DNA of 35,993 nt, taken from the UHGV virus genome UHGV-0194891; one strand, 5' to 3'. The position numbers and the translations under genes were made by a program. The notes under the pieces were generated by a model, which did no database searches, was not told where the DNA came from, and worked only from the letters and a program-made list of their open reading frames with translations. Shown here piece after piece: positions 1 to 7,606 of the stretch (position 1 is the stretch's first letter; every line of letters starts with the position of its first letter). This DNA is from a virus.

Positions 1-2
1 AC

Positions 3-104
3 GGCGGATCTGTGCGTGGGATTTACAACCATGCTCAGTATCTCGATAAGCGCAGAGAAATGATGCAGTGGTGGGCGGACTGGATTGATGAAAAGGTAGA
101 GTGA
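3..104 (+). CDS. Tyrosine integrase, C-terminal fragment (5' end lies outside the window)
   Basis: Frame-3 translation reads ...GGSVRGIYNHAQYLDKRREMMQWWADWIDEKVE and stops at TGA 102-104. The YNxAQYL...MMQWWAD tail matches my recollection of P4-family integrase C-termini; not searched. Confidence 0.45.
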   Translation, partial: GGSVRGIYNHAQYLDKRREMMQWWADWIDEKVE

Positions 105-352
105 GCGACCTTAAACTATCGAATAGCACAAAGTCTTGCAATACAGTGCAAAGATTTGTGTGTCTCAGTTTTGTCTAAGTGTTCTACTAAAAACATAGTA
201 AAATCGGTAACGGCTGGAAATCATTCAATACTCGCACTATCGAAAGTTCACCAGCCAGCCGTGGCTCGTGCTTGCATACGACGTGCTGCGGTTTCATTTA
301 TCTCCGACCGGAAACTTCTTATACAGAGTCGATACGCCAACATCATAGATGA

Positions 353-487
353 TCGCCACCTTCTGGCGAAGAACTCCTGATGCAATATAATTCGTGGCTG
401 GATTATCTGGACGCACTGGAACTGGTCGATACTTCCGGTGCGCCAGATATTGAATGGCCTACGCCTCCGGCAGTTCAGGCCAGATGA
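353..487 (+). pseudogene. Truncated tail-fibre assembly (tfa') remnant, convergent with the intact tfa
   Basis: Plus-strand frame open only from 353 to TGA 485-487; ATG at 380. It encodes ...EELLMQYNSWLDYLDALELVDTSGAPDIEWPTPPAVQAR, which matches the conserved Tfa C-terminus (VDTSxAPDIEWP). Only about 44 codons remain. Confidence 0.45.
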
Positions 488-1061
488 CATCCTGCGCGGT
501 GCTGGTATCTGTTGCCGTCACCGCGTCAATGTAATCCAGCACAGCGTTAAGCTGGGTTGTTTCTGCCTGCGTCAGTTTCCGTCCGGCCTGTAATTTCAGC
601 TGAATCAGACTGATGGAAGCCATTGCAGCATCAATCAGTGACTTGCGCTGTGCTTCTGCCGCGTCTACTGCGGCGCTATGCTGTGCCTCAGTATCGGTTA
701 CCCATTTCTCACCATCCCATTTATCGTATGGCGTTAACGGGGCGATAGTGGTTGTATTTTCAGGGTAATCACCCGGAGCTTTGATTTCTTTTGATTCTCC
801 TGTTTCTGTGCTAAAGACGATTTCACCACGATGGTCTGGCACATATTCCCATGAGTTAAAATCTGCAGAACGGCAGATTGCATACCCAGTTTTGTATGAG
901 CCAGGAGCATCTAAACAGGAACATGCCGGAATGCCGACACCCACAGCAAGATATTCATTTGAAGTGGAAATATATTCCCGTGTTTCACCATCATAGTTAT
1001 AGACGGTAATATTCCCTGCCTTCGTGGCAATAATCTCGCTATTTAATACAGCGTTATCCAT
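459..1061 (-). CDS. tfa: Tail fibre assembly protein (Tfa)
   Basis: 200-aa ORF whose C-terminus (...LNAVLDYIDAVTATDTSTAQDVIWPELPEA) is the typical Tfa chaperone motif; lies immediately downstream of the tail-fibre gene. Confidence 0.8.
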   Translation of the reverse strand: MDNAVLNSEIIATKAGNITVYNYDGETREYISTSNEYLAVGVGIPACSCLDAPGSYKTGYAICRSADFNSWEYVPDHRGEIVFSTETGESKEIKAPGDYPENTTTIAPLTPYDKWDGEKWVTDTEAQHSAAVDAAEAQRKSLIDAAMASISLIQLKLQAGRKLTQAETTQLNAVLDYIDAVTATDTSTAQDVIWPELPEA

Positions 1062-1828
1062 TATGCAGCCCTCACAATATAATTAAAGGCAATGTTACGT
1101 GGGCGGTTCTCATTTGCGGTTGGGACAACGGCTGAAGCATTAAAATTCGCATACAGGGAGCGTTGATACCCGGATGCTGATGCACCACTTAATGCGGGAG
1201 CTTTTGACCCCGAAGCCGAAAAGGCCCCTGACACGTATCCTAATAACCCTTGTGAATCGCCAATTGAACTGTAGCCAACCACCCCGGTAATGTTTCGGAT
1301 AGCATCTCCTTGTGCTGAAAGCAGAGTTCGCCCACTATCCACTCCCTTTCCACCATCCCAGCCACGAATAAACTCACCGCGTAAATCAGGCAATTTTAAC
1401 GTCGGGTAAGCCTTTGCCAGATTAGGGTAATCTTCAGCAGAAAAAGCCGCACCGTTGCATTTCAGCCAGCCTGTTGGCGGTGTGGCTGAAGGCCATGGAA
1501 CAGGCACGCCAACGGGTAATGCCGAACCTTCTCCCAAACCAAGGTTTGTGGTAATCGCTGTCGCCAGCTTTGCCACCAGTCCATCAACGTCACCATCATC
1601 GAGCGCGTCCAGTTCGGCGTTCGCGATAAACTGCCCCAGTACAGCCGCCATCGTCGACGGTTGGCGCAGCGCTTTACTGACCTGTGCGCTGGATGCTTTA
1701 CCCGAGGAGAATCCTTTCTTCAGTGCGGTTAGCGTCTCCCATTCCTCCTGCGAGGTAACATTTGCATTAGCATCTGTCGCAAACGCTTTAAAATCATTAG
1801 TTCCAGCCATTAAAGTAATCTCCCCCAT
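1061..1828 (-). CDS. Tail fibre protein with tail-collar-like receptor-binding C-terminus
   Basis: 255-aa ORF; the GWLKCNGAAFSAEDYPNLAKAYPTLKLPDLRGEFIRGWDGG segment resembles the phage tail-collar domain; followed by tfa. Confidence 0.7.
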   Translation of the reverse strand: MGEITLMAGTNDFKAFATDANANVTSQEEWETLTALKKGFSSGKASSAQVSKALRQPSTMAAVLGQFIANAELDALDDGDVDGLVAKLATAITTNLGLGEGSALPVGVPVPWPSATPPTGWLKCNGAAFSAEDYPNLAKAYPTLKLPDLRGEFIRGWDGGKGVDSGRTLLSAQGDAIRNITGVVGYSSIGDSQGLLGYVSGAFSASGSKAPALSGASASGYQRSLYANFNASAVVPTANENRPRNIAFNYIVRAA

Positions 1829-2490
1829 GCGCCGTCATCAAAACCGGCGATGTATTCGTTATCCATGTCAAATCCAAAGAATTTTGTTCCTTCGGACGGT
1901 GTTTCGACCGAGGGTGTTTCAACGCCGCCAGCCCATACACCAGCAGCTTTAACGGTGAGATAACCCTGTTTGATAGCGGCTATCAGTTCGAGTGACACAT
2001 CAGAAATATCAGTCTCGGGAAAAACCCAGACCGATATCGTCATGTCCTGGTTATCGACGATCTGCATCTTCAGTCCAGAGCCTGCGGTAGCAGCATCAAG
2101 GATGGGAGGCAGAGAGTCGTTCCGACCATCCCAGTTGTTGATAGCGATTTTCGCTTTCAGAATGATGCGGTACGTCTCATCACTCAGCGTCGTATAGCCA
2201 GAATCAGGATCATATGGCCCTTGCCAGATGCCCTGGTCATATCCGAGCCCGTCAGTGTCCCAGCTGAAATAAACGCCGCTAATTGGCTGGCTGACTATAC
2301 GACTACGCCCAATCCACAGGCCGAGGATATCGAGTTGCACGCCAACCGCCGTATCGATATCGAAGGCTGTTACAAGCCCTGACATAGTGCTGGACACATC
2401 AATCAGCGGGCGGGTGCTCAGATCTATATGGTCAAAAAAGAGTGGCTTGGTAGCATGGTAGTTAGTGATCAGTTCGGTGTATTTGCTCAT
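1810..2490 (-). CDS. Baseplate or tail protein (Mu gp48 / gpI-like position)
   Basis: ORF 1810-2526; the likely start is the ATG at 2490 (MSKYTELITNYH...), which overlaps the upstream stop as ATGA. Placement is between the J-like baseplate gene and the tail fibre. Confidence 0.5.
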   Translation of the reverse strand: MSKYTELITNYHATKPLFFDHIDLSTRPLIDVSSTMSGLVTAFDIDTAVGVQLDILGLWIGRSRIVSQPISGVYFSWDTDGLGYDQGIWQGPYDPDSGYTTLSDETYRIILKAKIAINNWDGRNDSLPPILDAATAGSGLKMQIVDNQDMTISVWVFPETDISDVSLELIAAIKQGYLTVKAAGVWAGGVETPSVETPSEGTKFFGFDMDNEYIAGFDDGAWGRLL

Positions 2491-3686
2491 GAGGTCACCG
2501 TGATAGTGACGTGACTCGCAACGCATGACGCAGATTCGTCATAAGCAATATCGATATTTCCGCTTGCGACTGAGTCAGAGGATTTGCCGATGAGCAGCTC
2601 CTGAATGTCGTAATAGCGAGCACTGCCTCCGCTTACCACGCCAAGGTTTGCAGGGGAATAAATACGACTCAGCAGAACGTCATCGCCAATTGCCAGGCCA
2701 TTTATATAATCGGCAACAGCCTGTTTTATCTGCTCGCCGATTTGAGATGTATACCCGGTAAAAACTTTCAGGGTAATGGCTACAAAAATTGGCACATCGG
2801 TAGAACGCGAAAAACTGATGACGTGAGGATTACCGTAAGTATCCGGCACGGTGACAGAAGTTGTACCGTAAGTTGCGGTTCCCTGCCCTTTATTCCCCCT
2901 GATGGTCTGGGCTATTTCAGTAACATCCCCTCCCTCAACGATGGCGGAAATTGAATGCGGTGGCAACCCGTTGCTGTCGGTTGCTCCAGTATCATTTTCG
3001 TAGAGCTTGTGACGTGTCACGCCCGCAACGTTGGCGATCGCACCGTCGACGCCTTCAAACGGTGTGATCGATGATAGCGCTACGCTTTGCCCCTGCCGAA
3101 TGCGCAGCTCTGCGTCGGTTTCTGCTGGTGAACCGACAGTAGCCGCAGCCGGGTTGGTTACCGACACCCAGCCGCGAGTCGGTGTGTTAATGGTGGTGAT
3201 AGTCCCGGCCATCGCCGCAACCGAACCGCTATTCGCACATGTGGCCGTCACCAGCACAGTACCATCAACGTCGATCGCTACACTCGCTGGAAAATTCCAG
3301 ATTATGCCGTTTTTATCCCGTGCAGAACCATTCGAGATAGTCGTGCCTGCCGTACCGGTTAACAGAAGGTCAGCTGTAGAGTTTGTCGCTACTTTTCGCG
3401 TGATCCCGTTAATTTTCACATTGCTGCTAAGCGCTGCGGCCTGCGCTGTCGTCGGTGAAAAAGAGTTGTAGATCCCGATAGCGGTGTTGTTAGCGTCATG
3501 CACGGCAAGAGCCACCAGCGCGACCATCTGCCCGTCTTTGCTGTCTGGTTCGAGGTAGGCATCACTACCGTAAATCTGCCTGAAATAGCTGGTCAGTGTA
3601 TCTAGGATTGTCTGGTAATCAGGCGCACTAATCCCCTGGGCGGTTACCGTTGCCGATAGCCCCAGCGTGTCGAGGTTCAAAGCCAT
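2487..3686 (-). CDS. Baseplate J-like protein
   Basis: 399-aa ORF in the baseplate gene order (V-like, W-like, J-like, I-like, fibre); size and position fit the gpJ / Mu gp47 class. Confidence 0.6.
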   Translation of the reverse strand: MALNLDTLGLSATVTAQGISAPDYQTILDTLTSYFRQIYGSDAYLEPDSKDGQMVALVALAVHDANNTAIGIYNSFSPTTAQAAALSSNVKINGITRKVATNSTADLLLTGTAGTTISNGSARDKNGIIWNFPASVAIDVDGTVLVTATCANSGSVAAMAGTITTINTPTRGWVSVTNPAAATVGSPAETDAELRIRQGQSVALSSITPFEGVDGAIANVAGVTRHKLYENDTGATDSNGLPPHSISAIVEGGDVTEIAQTIRGNKGQGTATYGTTSVTVPDTYGNPHVISFSRSTDVPIFVAITLKVFTGYTSQIGEQIKQAVADYINGLAIGDDVLLSRIYSPANLGVVSGGSARYYDIQELLIGKSSDSVASGNIDIAYDESASCVASHVTITVTS

Positions 3687-4040
3687 TTATGCCTCGCTTG
3701 TTACAGTCGTCTGGCCGTAGATTGTGTCAATGGAGGAAGTGAAGGTGACGCGACGGCTGGTGCCGTCATAATTGGTATCGAAGGAAAGAATCGACAGAAC
3801 GCCCGGCGTGTCCTGTATGCGTTCGCGTATAGCCAGGATGTAGACGTCTGATCGCTGTTTACCAAGTACTGACTGAACATACGGTGTGCCTTCCGTCAGA
3901 TCGAGAAACCACTGACCGCGCCACAGTTCGAAACGGGTTTTTACGGCCTGTGCGACACACTCCGGACTGTCGATAAGGAAGGTGTCGTCACCCTGCCCGA
4001 AAGTGTAATCGCCGTCAGCATCTTCGCGACGGTATCGCAT
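3687..4040 (-). CDS. Baseplate wedge protein (gpW / gp25-like)
   Basis: 117-aa ORF between the V-like and J-like genes, the usual gpW position. Confidence 0.5.
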   Translation of the reverse strand: MRYRREDADGDYTFGQGDDTFLIDSPECVAQAVKTRFELWRGQWFLDLTEGTPYVQSVLGKQRSDVYILAIRERIQDTPGVLSILSFDTNYDGTSRRVTFTSSIDTIYGQTTVTSEA

Positions 4041-4043
4041 AGA

Positions 4044-4682
4044 TTAACCTCCCAGCGGCTTAGTATTGCTTCCGCCGCTCTCAACGCCGCCATGGGTATG
4101 CTTATCCACGATAGAACCGTCCACCAGCTGCAAGCGACCGTCAGGCAGGATTTTGAGCCCGTTAAGGTTGAATCCGCCCGGTGCAGTGCCATTTATTGCC
4201 CCACTGGATGGGTTAAGGCTTAACTTTGTGCCGCCGTCATCGCTGCGCAGCTCTACCGAACTGGTACTGATACCGCTGATTTTCTGTGCTTGCGACTGCG
4301 GGCCAACGATGGCGAACGCATCAGATAAATCATGCTGGCGCGGGTCGACTGTCTCCTGAACGCCGCCGCTCTGCCACCAGAAATCGATGCAACGGTCGGC
4401 AAAGATCAGCAGGCACTCGTCGCCTTCTTTAACCGGAAAGGTCAACGTGCAACCGCCGCCGCGCGGGAAGATGACAGGCACATCCACCAGCGGTTTTAAT
4501 TCGGTGGAACCATCGCCAACAATACCGCGAAGCGCCACCTCTACTGTGCAGGTGACAGTGTCAGGATCGAACGACTGAATGATACCTGGCATCGCTACGC
4601 GCATCTGGGTAGACACCGAATCGGCAATGGCCTGCGCGGTCTGCTGCTCACCGCCGATCTGTGATTGAGTTGGAATTGGCAT
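4044..4682 (-). CDS. Baseplate assembly protein V-like (spike)
   Basis: ORF 4044-4769; the likely start is the ATG at 4682 (MPIPTQSQ...), placed after the terminator hairpin. The PGIIQSFDPDTVTCTVEV...PVIFPRGGG pattern resembles gpV / Mu gp45. Confidence 0.6.
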   Translation of the reverse strand: MPIPTQSQIGGEQQTAQAIADSVSTQMRVAMPGIIQSFDPDTVTCTVEVALRGIVGDGSTELKPLVDVPVIFPRGGGCTLTFPVKEGDECLLIFADRCIDFWWQSGGVQETVDPRQHDLSDAFAIVGPQSQAQKISGISTSSVELRSDDGGTKLSLNPSSGAINGTAPGGFNLNGLKILPDGRLQLVDGSIVDKHTHGGVESGGSNTKPLGG

Positions 4683-4693
4683 AAAAACCCCAT

Positions 4694-4725
4694 AAAAAAA
4701 ACCCGCTCGGCGGCGGGTTTGTGTT
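4694..4725. terminator. Bidirectional intrinsic terminator between the moron cassette and the V-like gene
   Basis: Plus strand reads AAAAAAAA-cccgctcggcggcggg-TTTGTGTT. On the minus strand the hairpin CCCGC/GCGGG is followed by a run of eight U. Confidence 0.6.
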
Positions 4726-4726
4726 A

Positions 4727-5272
4727 TTAAATTCGCTTCATCTTTTCTGGGTGGAAATTGGGACACCAACTACACCCTTTACTTACTGCCAATGCTTGTA
4801 TTTGGTCAGCCAAACTAAATGGCAATTTATCGGACACTCCGCCTTCCCACCCCCTAAGTAAACGGCAAGGTAAAAGGTAGTTGCCCGGGTAGTTAGAAAC
4901 GCATTCGCAATAAGACTGCTGATTGTTGGCTTTTAGTGATCGAGCATAACATCCAAGAGAAGATGATAACTCCTGAACATTTACAACCAACTCACCGTTA
5001 ATAAAGGCTTGAACGCCAGTAATTCCATACACCAGATAACATAGGTTTGCAGCTCTTGATAGTTGATCAGGCGTTTTACTAAAGGACGCTAAATGGAATT
5101 TTTTCCCTGCTATCTCACCAATTTTATTTACATCTGAAAGCTCAGCAATGGCTACAGCCATTGGATAATTTTTTGCCGTCGAATGAGGAAAAACAATGGT
5201 GATTACAAAGTTATCATCATTTAGAGATGCCAGATCCAAAGGGCCAATAGTTGACAGTCCCTTACCTGCCAC
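4727..5272 (-). CDS. Hypothetical Cys-rich protein, low-GC moron gene
   Basis: 181-aa ORF abutting the upstream ORF; visibly AT-rich compared with flanking tail genes; Cys cluster near the C-terminus (CECVSNYPGNYLLPC, CSWCPNF). No family recognised. Confidence 0.55.
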   Translation of the reverse strand: MAGKGLSTIGPLDLASLNDDNFVITIVFPHSTAKNYPMAVAIAELSDVNKIGEIAGKKFHLASFSKTPDQLSRAANLCYLVYGITGVQAFINGELVVNVQELSSSLGCYARSLKANNQQSYCECVSNYPGNYLLPCRLLRGWEGGVSDKLPFSLADQIQALAVSKGCSWCPNFHPEKMKRI

Positions 5273-5617
5273 TCATTTCACCTTTATACAATCATAGGTT
5301 GCATACTGACGTGGTGCATTCATGCTGGCTTGCAGCCACTGGGCATTGAGAATTATCTTGCCGTTTCGATTGATGTACTCAAGACCAACCCATCTTCCAG
5401 GCTGATCGGTAGCCATACGCCAATCCATCTTGATATTGTTATAATCGCCTTTGTTTTTCAGGAAGGTGATTTTTTGCATTTCTGGCTTTGCGCCATTGAT
5501 TCTGGCTAAGCCATCATCTGCCCAATGGATTTTAAAATCACCACATTGCTGATCCGCAAAAGCGGGTGCTGATATAAGCACCGCGAACACGGTAACAGTG
5601 CAAAGTAAATGTCTCAC
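5273..5617 (-). CDS. Small secreted (periplasmic) protein, low-GC moron gene
   Basis: 114-aa ORF with a signal peptide (MRHLLCTVTVFAVLISAPAFA, then DQQ) and two Cys residues in the mature part; AT-rich. Confidence 0.6.
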   Translation of the reverse strand: MRHLLCTVTVFAVLISAPAFADQQCGDFKIHWADDGLARINGAKPEMQKITFLKNKGDYNNIKMDWRMATDQPGRWVGLEYINRNGKIILNAQWLQASMNAPRQYATYDCIKVK

Positions 5618-5629
5618 GGCCCCACCTCA

Positions 5630-6694
5630 CTAATTCGTCGTCCCTTGCATTGCTTTCGGGCTATAAAGATCACGAGCGCCACGCGCAAAACACATCAAAT
5701 CCATGTACCACGCCTGACCTCTGGTGTCGCCAGTATAGTCGATAGCTTTGACGATATAAACGCCATCTGTCGCAATGCTGGCAGCCTGTGACGTTGTGCC
5801 GGTCAGTGCGCGGTTGCCGTTCTCTTCCGTTTCAGTGATACGCCCGGGCGACTGTGCGATTTCGCTATTGCCGAGCGCGGCGCGGTACACCGAAGCCTGA
5901 TCGAGCTGGATAAGACCATTAATGCGGATGTTTGGGTTTATCAGGCACCGCACGTTTACGCCGCCGCCCATTGTCTGTTGCGGCATACCGATCAGGCCAG
6001 TATTGGCATTTAACACAATGGCTTCGTGAATATATTTATCCTCCGGCACCATCTGGACCTGTCCATCCACCAGCTGCCATGTCGCTTTGCACTGCGCAGC
6101 AATATTATCCATCACGTTACGGGTGGATGAGTAAATCGCGCGGCCACGAGGAAACACAGTATCAGGAAAGTCGCCGGTAATGCCCTGCGTCACGCCGAAC
6201 GCGTTGAAATCCTGCATCGTCGCCCGGTGCAGATCCGCAACGGTATAGCCAGCGGCAAGCGTGGTGATGGTGGTCGCATAAAGGAACGCTTCGTGATCAC
6301 CAATAGCCTGAATCAACACCCAGGAATCGGTAATGTTGTCCTTCCCGGTGACGGTGAAGCGAATATCACCGTCAAAAATCAGGCCGTAGTTCTGACCGTT
6401 CACCTGCCCTATCTGGTCTGGTGAAATCTCCCGGGCTACACCAACCTGGCTCGCATCAACATCCGGCGCTATACCGTCATACCCGGCAATGATGCGAATT
6501 TTGGCAAACTCCTGCCCCAGTATCTTGTTCGTGGTATCGGTCGAAAGGTTGTAAATTTTCACGTTTGCCACGCGCGGCCAGCGTGTATCTGCCCACTCGA
6601 TCTGGAACGTGACTTTAAAGTCAGACAGGGAAATACCCTGCCCGTTCTGGTCCAACAGCTGCAACTCAAAATGGCGCATCCAGTTAAGAGACAT
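5630..6694 (-). CDS. Baseplate hub-like tail protein
   Basis: 354-aa ORF between the tape-measure-proximal genes and the baseplate V-like gene; assigned by position only. Confidence 0.45.
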   Translation of the reverse strand: MSLNWMRHFELQLLDQNGQGISLSDFKVTFQIEWADTRWPRVANVKIYNLSTDTTNKILGQEFAKIRIIAGYDGIAPDVDASQVGVAREISPDQIGQVNGQNYGLIFDGDIRFTVTGKDNITDSWVLIQAIGDHEAFLYATTITTLAAGYTVADLHRATMQDFNAFGVTQGITGDFPDTVFPRGRAIYSSTRNVMDNIAAQCKATWQLVDGQVQMVPEDKYIHEAIVLNANTGLIGMPQQTMGGGVNVRCLINPNIRINGLIQLDQASVYRAALGNSEIAQSPGRITETEENGNRALTGTTSQAASIATDGVYIVKAIDYTGDTRGQAWYMDLMCFARGARDLYSPKAMQGTTN

Positions 6695-6696
6695 TT

Positions 6697-7038
6697 CTAC
6701 TCCTGTACGAAAATGAGGTGGCTGTATGTGCCGAGGTTGGTTTTGGTTGGCTCGTCCGGTGCGCCCTTATCGGTCGCCACCACCAGCGCGCCATCAATGC
6801 CAAGCTGTGGATATTGTCGTAATAGGTTCACGCCGGTCAGGAGAGGTACGCCAGAAAGAAGCGCAGCACCGCCGCTATCCATCACGTCCATGATCCAGCC
6901 AGCCGCATCGCGCCAGATGATCCTGAGCGTATAGGTGGTATTGCCCAGCAAAACGCGGAACTGCTGATTGTCAGGAGAAAGCGGTATTTCGTTAAACTGC
7001 ATATCATCCCCCGAATGCTGATGTAACGCTTCCGCCAA
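6697..7038 (-). CDS. Hypothetical tail protein
   Basis: 113-aa ORF; the start may instead be the internal ATG near 7002. Tail-module position. Confidence 0.4.
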   Translation of the reverse strand: MAEALHQHSGDDMQFNEIPLSPDNQQFRVLLGNTTYTLRIIWRDAAGWIMDVMDSGGAALLSGVPLLTGVNLLRQYPQLGIDGALVVATDKGAPDEPTKTNLGTYSHLIFVQE

Positions 7039-7606
7039 GCTGGCTCAGCAAGGATTCGTTTGGCGGTGTAGTGGATTTCGTCCCGGAATTTTGCACCGCC
7101 GATGTGCTGACGCCATCCTGCATATCTGATTTATCAGCAACACTAACGCTCTGCGTTTGCGACATGATCACTTCACGCAGGGTAAGCGTGCAGTTCAGCA
7201 CGTTTTCGCTGGTTTTGTCCGTTGTCACCTCGATGGCTCGCACCAGCATATTGCTGTACACCCGCTTTCCGGTCACCACATCGAACGGCACCCGAGAGGA
7301 CTGGAGATCCAGCAGTTGCTGATAGGTCTCTTTCGGGCTTAGTCCGGCGCTGAGGCCGATTGAAGATGTATCAATGAAGTCCAGCAACGAACCGCCACCA
7401 GCGAAGCCGCATTCCATTGTGACTTCGCTGGGGCGCTTATACGCATGATCGGCGATGAAGCCCGAAGCGCTATTCGTTGTTGGCTTCTCCACCGGGTGCT
7501 CAGTAATTTCGAGCGCATCAGAATGCTTTTCGGAGACGACCACGCTGGGGATCAGCAGGCCAATTCGCCGGGATTGCTGGCGAAAAATCGCTGATAAAAT
7601 ATCCAT
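7004..7606 (-). CDS. Tail protein downstream of tape measure
   Basis: 200-aa ORF whose start abuts the tape-measure stop. Confidence 0.45.
   Translation of the reverse strand: MDILSAIFRQQSRRIGLLIPSVVVSEKHSDALEITEHPVEKPTTNSASGFIADHAYKRPSEVTMECGFAGGGSLLDFIDTSSIGLSAGLSPKETYQQLLDLQSSRVPFDVVTGKRVYSNMLVRAIEVTTDKTSENVLNCTLTLREVIMSQTQSVSVADKSDMQDGVSTSAVQNSGTKSTTPPNESLLSQLGGSVTSAFGG

Noticed and set aside
156-380. 74-aa plus-strand ORF between the integrase end and the tfa' remnant
   Set aside because: No ribosome-binding site and an implausible composition; the region is better explained as a decayed junction or att-containing spacer.
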